DNA of 64,000 bases from Malacoraja senta (lineage: Eukaryota): the NCBI GenBank assembly GCA_038087875.1, contig JAXLNO010001769.1, positions 1 through 64,000 on the forward strand. The letters are read 5' to 3'. Of the stretch, positions 35,320-48,365 are shown in pieces. Both the position numbers and the translations under genes were made by a program. The notes under the pieces were generated by a model. It ran no database searches, was not told where the DNA came from, and worked only from the letters and a program-made list of their open reading frames with translations. Numbering within the stretch: the first letter of the stretch is position 1; each line of letters starts with the position of its first letter.

Positions 35320-35919
35320 AAAGCAGGAATGGGGTACTGATTCTAGATGCAGGCATGATCATATTGAATGGCGGTGCTGGCTCGAATGGCCGAATGGCCT
35401 GCTCCTGTGCCTATTTTTCTATGTTTCTATAATTAGTATACATTTCGGCTATTGGTGGTGTTTCTTGAAAACACGAAGACGAGAGAATGTAAAGGATCTG
35501 CAGAACAACTAAAAGACTGCAGAAAGCAGCTTGAAAAGGAGGCTCTTCATCTATACAACATAATTATGTTTTATTCAGTTATCATTGTTTGTAGAGTTTC
35601 TTATTGGTATGAAAACATCATCCAAGTTTTGACCCTTCCTTATTACTCCCTGGTCCCAGGGGCATGGTTGGCATTAGCTCATTACATTCATCCTAATAAA
35701 GGGTTGGTGTTCACAGTTGTGCCTGATTTTTATCAATTACAACCTTGAGTTCACAAACTGTTCTTTGTCTCTGGGCTAAAGTTCACAGACTCTCCTTTTT
35801 CAAGGAGTGAGCAGTTTTAAGCAAACTGACTTCAGCAAATCCTTACAAATTCCATCACCCCCCCCCCCCCCCACTTTGATTCATCAATCAATGCCAGAGG
35901 GAATGAATCATCTAAGTAA

Positions 35920-36600
35920 AGGGGCCTGTCCCACTTACGTGTCCTTGGAATGCAAATTACGCGTTGAGCCACGATGGTCCGGCGAAGGTCGGGTGCGATT
36001 ACATGCGTACGCACAGCCGTCTGGAGCGCGTGACGTTATTTGAAGATGGACACAAAGCTGGAGTAAGCCAGTGGGACCGGCAGCATCTCTGGAGAGAAGC
36101 AATGGGTGACGTTTCATGTCGAGACTCTTCTTCAGTCTGAAAAGAAGGGTCTTGACCCGAAACATCACCCATTGCTTCTCTCCAGAGATGCTGCCGGTCC
36201 CGCTGAGTTACTCCTGCATTTCGTGTCTATCTTCAATTTTTTGGCCCCGCTCTGGGAGTAGAAGTGGGGGCGGATCCGGACTGCAACGGCTGTGAGCCCC
36301 AGGCCGAGTTCGGCGATCGTTCGCCTGCTTCTGCTCCTGTTGAAAGTGAGACTTTGCGTCGCGCCAGGGTCTTGGGCCTGTCCCACTTTGGCCGTCAGTT
36401 CCGCGACAGGCCGTTGGCGCGCGAAGATTTCGTTCACTACAAAATTATTGGAGCCCCGCGCGATGTCGCGCACAACTCCATACCCCTCCGCGCTTCCAAG
36501 TGGGACCGGCCCCGCGCGGCCATACGATGCCCGTGCGCCTCAACGCGACCACAAGGTCGCATAATTTGTGTGCCAAGGACACGTAAGTGGGACAGGCCCT
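35920..36600. mobile_element. PIF/Harbinger-type MITE with a nested inverted pLTR pair (about 36040-36235)
   Basis: TIR agg(g)gcctgtcccacttacgtgtccttgg at both ends, TAA flanks (35917-19 and 36601-03), and additional internal TIR-like motifs near 36375 and 36500. Confidence 0.85.
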
Positions 36601-37596
36601 TAAGAATACCAAGGAAAGGTAGCGCAGCTACACATCACTGGATATCTTTAACCTGTTCAATGCCACCGCCGAGTACACTAGGGGTCATGGCCAATAGTGA
36701 AAAATAAACTTGGCAGTGAACAGCTTAATGGTCTCCATATTTTAGAGAAAGCCTTCAATGCCCATGAGGGGTGAGCCTTATTATATCTATGTTTCTCTAA
36801 ATATAGGAAGCACTTTTGTGGTAAAAGATGGGGCAGCTCGGGCCTCGAAAAGATCCAACCTTATGTGCAGCTTTATATTTGTTTATATGCAATAAGCAAA
36901 AAGAACACAATAGAAGATAAAACATGATAATAATTATAAGCAAAGCCAAGAGATCGTGGCCTTACACGAGTTGCTGCCTTGCAGCACCAGAGACCCTGGT
37001 TTGAACCTGACTACGAGTGGTGACTGTACGGAGTTTGCATGTTCTCCCCATAACCTGTGTGGCTTTTCTCTGAGATGTAGGTAAATTGGCTTGGTGTAAA
37101 TGTAAATTGTCCCTAGTGTGGGCTGAAGGGCCTGTTTCAGCACTGTATCTCCAAAGCAGTGGTTCTTAACCTGGGGGTCGTGGCCCCCATGGGGGTCGTT
37201 TGGGGTTTTTCCGGGGGTCATGAAGGGGTTGTAAAGAACATCAATTTGTTGAGCCTATTTTTAGGAACCTAACAAAGGTACATACCACACACAGTATTTT
37301 GTTCACGAATGCGCTTACGTATACACAGGGCCTATGAGAGGGGGGTGCAGGGGGTACATCGTATGCGGGCCCAGAGTCCAATAGGAGCCCGGGAGCTGAA
37401 GGAGGGGGGGTGGGAATTTCCTGAAATCTCAGAAAATGTTTGCATATATTTTGTGAATACTAGCATTCACATTTTGTGCCTTCGGAGTTTTATATATTGT
37501 AATTCGTAGAAATTGTGATCCATAATAAAGCAGGGAATATTAACTGGTGGTGTGTGGTCGGGGTACCTGATTAAAAGAGAGGGAAGGGGAAGACCT

Positions 37597-40459
37597 ATCA
37601 CTACTGATGGATCTTCCCTGTAGGAGGAGGGAGAGCACTAGGTCCCAACAGAGTCATCACTACTGATGGATCTTCCTGCAGGAAGAGGGAGAGCACTAGG
37701 ACCCAACAGAGTCATCACTACTGATGGATCTCCCTGCAGGAGGAGGGCACTAGGACCCAACTGACTGATGGATCTGCCCTATAGTGGGGGGGAGCACTAG
37801 GACCCAGCAGAGTCATCACTACTGATTGATCTTCCCTGCAGGAGGAGAGCACTAGGACCCAGCTGACCGATGGATCTGCCCTATAGTGGGGGGGAGCACT
37901 AGGACCCAGCAGAGTCATCACTACTGATTGATCTTCCCTGTAGGGGGAGGGGGACTAGGACCCAACTGACCGATGGATCTGCCCTATAGTGGGGGGGAGC
38001 ACTAGGACCCAGCAGAGTCATCACTACTGATGGATCTTCCCTGCAGGAGGAGGGAGAGCACTAGGACCCAGCAGAGTCATCACTACTGATTGATCTTCCC
38101 AGTAGGGGGAGGGGGACTAGGACCCAGCTGACCGATGGATCTGCCCTATAGGGGGGGAGCACTAGGACCCAGCAGAGTCATCACTACTGATTGATCTTCC
38201 CTGCAGGAGGAGAGCACTAGGACCCAGCTGACCGATGGATCTGCCCTATAGGGTGGGGGGGACACTAGGACCCAGCAGAGTCATCACTACTGATTGATCT
38301 TCCCTGCAGGAGGAGGGGGACTAGGACCCAGCTGACCGATGGATCTGCCCTATAGGGGGGGGAGCACTAGGACCCAGCAGAGTCATCACTACTGATTGAT
38401 CTTCCCTGTAGGGGGAGGGGGACTAGGAGCCAGCTGACCGATGGATCTGCCCTATAGGGGGGGGGAGCACTAGGACCCAGCAGAGTCATCACTACTGATT
38501 GATCTTCCCTGCAGGAGGAGGGAGAGCACTAGGACCCAGCTGACCGATGGATCTGCCCTATAGGGGGGGGAGCACTAGGACCCAGCAGAGTCATCACTAC
38601 TGATTGATCTTCCCTGCAGGAGGAGAGCACTAGGACCCAGCTGACCGATGGATCTGCCCTATAGGGGGGGGGAGCACTAGGACCCAGCAGAGTCATCACT
38701 ACTGATTGATCTTCCCTGTAGGGGGAGGGGGACTAGGAGCCAGCTGACAGATGGATCTGCCCTATAGGGGGGGGGAGCACTAGGACCCAGCAGAGTCATC
38801 ACTACTGATTGATCTTCCCTGCAGGAGGAGAGCACTAGGACCCAGCTGACCGATGGATCTGCCCTATAGGGGGGGAGCACTAGGACCCAGCAGAGTCATC
38901 ACTACTGATTGATCTTCCCTGCAGGAGGAGAGCACTAGGACCCAGCTGACCGATGGATCTGCCCTATAGGGGGGGGAGCACTAGGACCCAGCAGAGTCAT
39001 CACTACTGATTGATCTTCCCTGCAGGAGGAGAGCACTAGGACCCAGCTGACCGATGGATCTGCCCTATTGGGGGGGGGGAGCACTAGGACCCAGCAGAGT
39101 CATCACTACTGATTGATCTTCCCTGTAGGGGGAGGGGGACTAGGAGCCAGCTGACCGATGGATCTGCCCTATAGGGGGGGGGAGCACTAGGACCCAGCAG
39201 AGTCATCACTACTGATTGATCTTCCCTGCAGGAGGAGAGCACTAGGACCCAACTGACCGATGGATCTGCCCTATATGGGGGGGGGCACTAGGACCCAGCA
39301 GAGTCATCACTACTGATTGATCTTCCCTGTAGGGGGAGGGGGACTAGGACCCAGCTGACCGATGGATCTGCCCTATAGTGGGGGGGGGGAGCACTAGGAC
39401 CCAGCAGAGTCATCACTACTGATTGATCTTCCCTGTAGGGGGAGGGGGACTAGGACCCAGCTGACCGATGGATCTGCCCTATAGTGGGGGGGGGGGAGCA
39501 CTAGGACCCAGCAGAGTCATCACTACTGATTGATCTTCCCTGTAGGGGGAGGGGGACTAGGACCCAGCTGACCGATGGATCTGCCCTATAGGGGGGGGGG
39601 GGAGCACTAGGACCCAGCAGAGTCATCACTACTGATTGATCTTCCCTGCAGGAGGAGAGCACTAGGACCCAGCTGACCGATGGATCTGCCCTATAGGGGG
39701 GGGGAGCACTAGGACCCAGCAGAGTCATCACTACTGATTGATCTTCCCTGCAGGAGGAGAGCACTAGGACCCAGCTGACCGATGGATCTGCCCTATAGGG
39801 GGGGGAGCACTAGGACCCAGCAGAGTCATCACTACTGATTGATCTTCCCTGCAGGAGGAGGGAGAGCACTAGGACCCAACTGACCGATGGATCTGCCTTA
39901 TAGGGGGGGGGAGCACTAGGACCCAGCAGAGTCATCACTACTGATTGATCTTCCCTGCAGGAGGAGGGAGAGCACTAGGACCCAGCTGACTGATGGATCT
40001 GCCCTATAGGGGGGGGAGCACTAGGACCCAGCAGAGTCATCACTACTGATTGATCTTCCCTGTAGGGGGAGGGGGACTAGGACCCAGCTGACCGATGGAT
40101 CTGCCCTATAGGGGGGGGGGGAGCACTAGGACCCAGCAGAGTCATCACTACTGATGGGTCTTCCCTGCAGGAGGAGAGCACTAGGACCCAGCTGAGTCAT
40201 CACTACTGATTGATCTTCCCTGTAGGGGGAGGGGGACTAGGAGCCAGCTGACCGATGGATCTGCCCTATAGGGGGGGGGGAGCACTAGGACCCAGCAGAG
40301 TCATCACTACTGATTGATCTTCCCTGCAGGAGGAGAGCACTAGGACCCAACTGACCGATGGATCTGCCCCATAGGGGGGGGGAGCACTAGGACCCAGCAG
40401 AGTCATCACTACTGATTGATCTTCCCTGTAGGGGGAGGGGGACTAGGAGCCAGCAGAGT
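37597..40459. repeat. Dimeric minisatellite of about 100 bp (alternating units of about 55 and 46 bp)
   Basis: Unit A is agcactaggacccagcagagtcatcactactgattgatcttccctgcaggaggag and unit B is agcactaggacccagctgaccgatggatctgccctatag(g)n. Confidence 0.97.
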
Positions 40460-40778
40460 TAGACCACGTGCTGCCTGCATGGTGGAGGTTGTGGGCCTGG
40501 TGCTGAACCGGGAAGGTGACGGCTCTGGCCCGCTGGTGGCCGGTGGAGAGGCAAGTGTCGGCGGAGTCGCTGGCGGAGGCCCGTGGGGAGCTGGAGTAGA
40601 GATATGGGCTTTCCAGCGACAGTGGCTGTGGTGTCCCCGCCCGGGGAGATGGTGACAGACGGCAGCCACGGCTGTTTCAGTGGTCCGGGCCTGCGTTTGG
40701 GTGGGGGTGGGGGTGGGGGTGTGGGAGAGTGGGCGTGGGTAAGTGGGTGGATTTGTGTGGGTGGGGGTGTAGGTCAGT

Positions 40779-40779
<1 letters not shown>

Positions 40780-40837
<58 letters not shown>

Positions 40838-40861
40838 TATGTGAGTAGGTGAGTGAGTGTG
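40780..40861. repeat. (GT)n microsatellite abutting the gap
   Basis: Direct reading. Confidence 0.95.
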
Positions 40862-41680
40862 NNNNNNNNNNNNNNNNNNNNNNNNNNNNNNNNNNNNNNN
40901 NNNNNNNNNNNNNNNNNNNNNNNNNNNNNNNNNNNNNNNNNNNNNNNNNNNNNNNNNNNNNNNNNNNNNNNNNNNNNNNNNNNNNNNNNNNNNNNNNNNN
41001 NNNNNNNNNNNNNNNNNNNNNNNNNNNNNNNNNNNNNNNNNNNNNNNNNNNNNNNNNNNNNNNNNNNNNNNNNNNNNNNNNNNNNNNNNNNNNNNNNNNN
41101 NNNNNNNNNNNNNNNNNNNNNNNNNNNNNNNNNNNNNNNNNNNNNNNNNNNNNNNNNNNNNNNNNNNNNNNNNNNNNNNNNNNNNNNNNNNNNNNNNNNN
41201 NNNNNNNNNNNNNNNNNNNNNNNNNNNNNNNNNNNNNNNNNNNNNNNNNNNNNNNNNNNNNNNNNNNNNNNNNNNNNNNNNNNNNNNNNNNNNNNNNNNN
41301 NNNNNNNNNNNNNNNNNNNNNNNNNNNNNNNNNNNNNNNNNNNNNNNNNNNNNNNNNNNNNNNNNNNNNNNNNNNNNNNNNNNNNNNNNNNNNNNNNNNN
41401 NNNNNNNNNNNNNNNNNNNNNNNNNNNNNNNNNNNNNNNNNNNNNNNNNNNNNNNNNNNNNNNNNNNNNNNNNNNNNNNNNNNNNNNNNNNNNNNNNNNN
41501 NNNNNNNNNNNNNNNNNNNNNNNNNNNNNNNNNNNNNNNNNNNNNNNNNNNNNNNNNNNNNNNNNNNNNNNNNNNNNNNNNNNNNNNNNNNNNNNNNNNN
41601 NNNNNNNNNNNNNNNNNNNNNNNNNNNNNNNNNNNNNNNNNNNNNNNNNNNNNNNNNNNNNNNNNNNNNNNNNNNNNNNN
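40862..41680. other. Assembly gap (819 N)
   Basis: Run of N flanked on both sides by GT-rich simple sequence. Confidence 1.
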
Positions 41681-41734
41681 TGAGTGAGTGTGTGTCTGAG
41701 TGTATGTGTGTGTTAGTGGGAGGGTGAATTTTAT

Positions 41735-41955
41735 AAATGAAGTTAAAACCATTAGATCTGTTGAACTTGTTAACAGACTATTGACTTGGTAACCTGTTTC
41801 CAAATGTTTGTGTTAGCTTCAGAATACTATTAACAATTCCAGCAACAGTAGCTTCTGCAGAGAGGTCATTTAGCAAACTCAAGCTGATTAAGAATTATTT
41901 AAGGTCGACAATGTCTCATGAACGTCTTGTGGATTTGGCCAGGCTAAGTATTCAA
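41735..41955 (+). pseudogene. hAT C-terminal dimerisation domain fragment
   Basis: PLDLLNLLTDY*LGNLFPNVCVSFRILLTIPATVASAERSFSKLKLIKNYLRSTMSHERLVDLARLSI. Confidence 0.9.
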
Positions 41956-42765
41956 AGTCAGTTTTATTCATCACATACACCCGAAGGTGCAGTGAAGTGA
42001 ATTTGCCAGCAGTGATACATGTAAAAAGAACACACAATACACAATAAAATTGAACACAAACATCCACTACAGCATTCTTCACTGTGGTGGAAGGCAACAA
42101 GTTTCAGCAAGTCCTCCATTGTTCACCCGTGTTCGGGGCCATAACCCCTCCGTAGTCGCCGCTAGGGACGGCCCGATGTACAAGGCCCTCTCGTCGGGAT
42201 GATCCAAACTCCGACGTTGGGACGGACAAACACACTCTGCGGCTTGGAGGTCCCGACTCGGCACTTTCCTACTGGAGACCGCAGCTTCAGGATGTTATAG
42301 GCCACAGGCCAGCGGTTTTGCGGTTAAATATAAAAGGATGTTTCAATGTGAATTCTTTCTCCTTATCTGTATTGTAGCATAAACAAAGATGTTCAAAACA
42401 AAGGTAGATAAAATGCTGGAGAAACTCAATGGGTGAGGCAGCATCTATAGAGTGAAGGAAAACAAATGTGCTTGCTGATCCTTTTATGTTATTTATATTT
42501 ATTTATATTTATCATGGAGGGTGTATAGGGACATAAGGCCTCAAATGCAGAAAATCAACAGAGCGCCCCATTCCACCCCTCTCTCAACTTCCATACCCCT
42601 TTTTGCCGTGCAGGCTACAGCTCATGGCATAAAACTGTAGCATAGTGGATAAAAACAGGATGACTAATGGAGAAGGGAAGGGGGCCCAAAATAAACTTTG
42701 TACCCACTGATAACATTCCTGTGAGGCCCTGCGTATACACGCACAAACAGTGTGTGTTGTGAACC

Positions 42766-44517
<1,752 letters not shown>

Positions 44518-44739
44518 CTGAGCATTGGCAGACATGTTTTAATAAATCGGGCTGTTTTTTTTCAAATTTTGTTTTAGAGGTCACGGTACTGATCAAGAAT
44601 GCCTGATGGGGTCGTGGGGCCAAAAAGATTAAGAACCACTGCTCTAAAGCTTAAAACTAAAGGGGCTAATAAAGGCCACAAAGTGGCTTTAGTGAGTCGG
44701 ATTACAGAAAATCCCACATCTTTTTCAAGGTTTCATGGT

Positions 44740-45425
44740 TAGTTTATTGTCACATATACCAATTAAGGTACATTGAAATGCAGACTACCATACACCATAC
44801 AAAAAGAAAGCAACAAGACACACAATAACGTAAAAGTTAACATAAACATCCACAACAGAGGAGCCCGCACGTTCCTCACTGTGATAGAAGGCAATAAAGT
44901 CTAATCTCCTTCCTCTTTATCTCCCGCGGTCGGGGCAGTCAAACAATCTGCAGTCGGTGGTCGAAACCCCCATTGGGGAATCGAAACTCCCGCGTCGGAG
45001 CGGTCGGAGCGGTCGAAACTCCTGCGGCTTGGAGGTCCCGGATGTTGGTCTCGACCGGGGACCGCGGGCTCCGCGATGTTAAAGTCTTGCAGGCTCTCAC
45101 AGTTGGAGCCCTAAAGTCGATCCCCGACAGGGATTGCGAGCTCCATGATGGTATGTCCACAGGCTCCTGCGATGGATCTCCCGGTCGATCTCTAGCAAAG
45201 GCCACCATTCCTCAATGTTAGGCTGCATTGTGGACGGAGATACGATACAGAAAATATCACATCTACGTCGAGGTAAGAGATTAGGAAAAGTTTCCCACAA
45301 CTCCCCCAACCCCCACCCCCAAAACAAGCTAAAGAACACTAAAGAATATACATTTAACACGTACAAAACAGACACAAGGAAGGAAGGGACAGACATACTG
45401 TTGGCGAGGCAACCATTGCAGCAAA
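44740..45425 (-). mobile_element. Non-coding LINE-tail retroelement (Rex1/L2-like 3' end, GC-rich body)
   Basis: The minus strand ends …atgtgacaataaactaa. It shares the gccttcyatcacagtgagga core with 41962-42310, 46855-47695, 49690-50190 and 60955-61205. Confidence 0.6.
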
Positions 45426-45539
45426 AGTTGGATTGCTTAAGGATATAGAAGGGAATATGTGCTTGGAGTTTGTGGATATAGGCGAGGTTTGGTTTCACCA
45501 AGGAAGACATGTAGAATAGTAAGGACCATTAATAGTAAG

Positions 45540-46335
45540 TACATCATAAAATCCTCCAACATTTTTGCCACCTCCAACGGGATCCCACTACTGGTCACAT
45601 CTTCCCATCTCCACCCCTTTCTGCTTTCCGCAGAGACCGTTCCCTCCGAAACTCCCTGGTCAACTCGTCCCTTCACACCCAAACCACCTGCTCTCCGGAT
45701 ACTTTCCCCTGCAACCGCAGGAGATGCAACACCTGTCCCTTTACGTCCCCCCTCGACTCCGTCCAAGGACCTAAAGTCTTTCCAGGTGAGGCAGAAGTTC
45801 ACTTGCACCTCTTCCAACCTCATCTACTGTATCCGCTGTTTCAGTTGTCAACTTCTCTACATCAGTGAGACCAAGCGCAGGCTCGACGATCGTTTTGCTG
45901 AACACTTCCCCTCAGTCCGTCTTACCCTACCCGATCTCCCGGTGGCTCAGCACTTCAACTCCCCCTCCCATTCCCAATCTGACCTTTCTGTCCTGGGCCT
46001 CCTCCATTGTCAGAGTGAGGCCCAGCCCAAATTGGAGGAACAGCACCCCATATTTCGCTTGGGTAGTCTATACTCCAGCGGTATGAACATTGACTTCTAT
46101 AACTTTCGATAGCCCTTGATTTCTCTCTCCATCCCCTCCCCTTCCCAATTCTGCCACCAGTCTTACTGTCTCCGCCGACATTCTATCTTTGTCCCTCCCC
46201 TGACATCAGTCTGAAGAAGGGTCTCGACCCAAAACAATGCCCATTCCATCTCTCCAGGGAAGCTCTCTGACCCGCTGAGTTACCCCAGCATTTTGTGTCT
46301 CTCTACGATTTTAACATCTGCAGCATCTGCAGTTC
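45540..46335 (+). mobile_element. Penelope 3' fragment with pLTR
   Basis: FQVRQKFTCTSSNLIYCIRCFSCQLLYISETKRRLDDRFAEH…LGSLYSSGMNIDF. Confidence 0.9.
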
Positions 46336-46489
46336 TTTCTTACACATGGAGAATCAATGTGGAGAATGCTAACATGCAGGGACACTTTGAAGTTAAGTAA
46401 GAAGGAGATGTTGGATCACTTGAAGAGAAATGTGGATAAATCCCCAGGACAGAGGGGTGTAGTGGATGATAATAATAATCGTTGAAAAC

Positions 46490-46660
46490 ATTAGTGCCGT
46501 CCTGGTTTCCAACGGGCACGGTGATGGACGCACCACACATCTCTGTCCTCCATGCAGCTGGCAAGCTCCTCTTTTGTCTCTACACATGCGTCTTCCATCA
46601 ACGTCTTCAACATCGTCTTGAATGGCCATCCTGGGTCAAGTCTTCCATGGGTGGAAGACG
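46490..46660 (-). mobile_element. RTE-like LINE C-terminal fragment
   Basis: GRLDPGWPFKTMLKTLMEDACVETKEELASCMEDRDVW. Confidence 0.55.
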
Positions 46661-46679
46661 CATGCCAGCAAACAGGCAT

Positions 46680-48065
46680 GTCTGGCATTTAACGAGCATT
46701 GATGTATATATTGTAGACTTTCGTCCCAAATATCTTTCGTTATGGGTTGGCCTAATTCATTTTCCCATGTGTGTCTATATAAATCCGTCGGCGGGACCTC
46801 ACTATCTAAGAGGGTATTATAAATATGAGATATTAATTTTTCTGTATTAAGATTCAAGATTCAAGATTCAAGAAGTTTATTGCCATGTCAACTGAGTTGA
46901 TAGGAATTTGACTTGCCATGCAGCACACAAATAAAGATTACAACAAAGAATTTAACAGTAAACATAAAAACATCCCCCCACAATGGTTCCCACTGTGGGG
47001 GAAGGCAGCAAAGTCCAGTCCCATCCCCAGTTCACCCATAGTCGGGGCCTATTGAGGCCTCTGCAGTCGCCGCTACGGCAGCACGATGCCTCAGGCCCTC
47101 TCGCCGGATGATGAAGCTCCGGCGTCGGGTGAACACTCTCAGCGGCCCGGAGTGTCTGGAGCGGCTGCCTCCTCCCAGTAGACCGCGGCTCCCGAAGTCC
47201 ACGAGCCGCGCTGGTCGATGCCCCGACTCTGTCGACCTCGTCGTCAGATCCCAGGCTCCGCGGTGTTCCAAGCTCAGCGCCGCTGGAAGCTCCACTGACC
47301 GCAGACCGCAGCTCTGCGATGTTAGTGCTGGCCGTCACAGCACTCCGGAGCTTACTGCACGGCGACCCGGGTTAGGCATCGCCCACTCCGCGATGGTGCT
47401 TCAGCGCTGTGCCGCCGCCGAAGCTGAAGTCCTGGCTGGTCCCGGCAGGAAAACGCCGCTCCAGCCTGCCCGTAGGCCGCGAGGAAGGGGCGAAGATACG
47501 GCTCGGAGAAAAGCCGCATCTCCGACCAGGTAGGGACTGAGAAGAATAGTTTCCCCCTTCCCCCTACCCCCCCCCCCCCACATAAAAAGACTAAAAGATC
47601 TCCAACCAACACTCTCAACTAACTAAAAATAAAAAAAGAGTGAAAAAACTAACAGCTGCTGGCGGGGCAGCCATATTCGACGGCGCCCCCTGTTGATGTT
47701 ATTAGGATGTTTATTCAAACATTCATCAAGGATTTCTGGTTCCCTAGTTCTGTAATCTTGTGTATTTGATTTAATGTAATCTCTAATTTGTAAATATCTG
47801 AAAAAGTTATTTGAGTGTGGTCCGTAAATCTGTTGTAACCCCTGAAATTAAAGAAAAGTGCCTTTCCTATAAAGATGTCCCATCTTTTTAATTCCTTAAT
47901 TTTTCCATTGTGTAAAGCCTTTATCCAACATGGAGGGTTTGAATAAAGGGTTGTTTATAATGGGGAGACAGAGTGATAAATTATCCAATTTTAAAGTCTT
48001 TTATAATTGTTTCCAAATTCGTATACCACTATATATTATAGAATTTTCACTATAGGTTTTTTAAT
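46680..48065 (-). mobile_element. L1 ORF2 C-terminal fragment, split by the 46855-47695 insertion
   Basis: NPIVK…NNPLFKPSMLDKGFTQW…FFRYLQIRDYIK continues across the insert into NTEKLISHIYNTLL…WENELG…IHQCSLNARH. Confidence 0.8.
46855..47695 (-). mobile_element. Non-coding LINE-tail retroelement, apparently complete
   Basis: 5' end gggggcgccgtcgaatatggctgcc, GC-rich body, and a 3' (cttgaat)n tail. Confidence 0.65.
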
Positions 48066-48069
48066 GCAA

Positions 48070-48365
48070 TTTTGTGGGAGCAAACATAATCGAACCAATT
48101 TCAAAAGGCAAACAGTCTTTCACTATTTTGTATGACTCAATGAGGTCCCCCCTTATTCTTCTAAACTCCAGCGAGTACAGGCCCACTGCCATCAAATGGT
48201 CATCATATGTTAACCCATTCATTCCTGGGATCATTCTTGTACACCTCCTCTGGACACTCTCCAGAGCCAACACATCCTTCCTCAGATATGGTGCCCAAAA
48301 TTGCTCACAATGCTCCAAATGTGGCCTGACCGGCGCCTTATAGAACCTCAGCATTACATCCCTGT
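48070..48365 (-). mobile_element. CR1 fragment
   Basis: RFYKAPVRPHLEHCEQFWAPYLRKDVLALESVQRR. Confidence 0.9.

Larger units (their letters stand above)
37326..42731 (+). mobile_element. Second hAT (Tip100/ZMYM1-like), nested in the Buster element
   Basis: Termini CAGGGCCT and AGGCCCTG; perfect 8-bp TSD CGTATACA (37318-25 and 42732-39); hAT dimerisation-domain relic inside. Confidence 0.88.

Noticed and set aside
37597-40459. CRISPR-like array
   Set aside because: Eukaryotic context, and the sequences between the shared heads are repeated rather than unique spacers; this is a minisatellite.
40862-41680. Alpha2 exon hidden in the gap
   Set aside because: Judged unlikely but not excluded: the gap is flanked by GT simple repeats and lies inside two hATs whose TSDs match across it.
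40409-41803. Long ORFs in the ORF track spanning the gap
   Set aside because: Artefacts of N runs and (GT)n.
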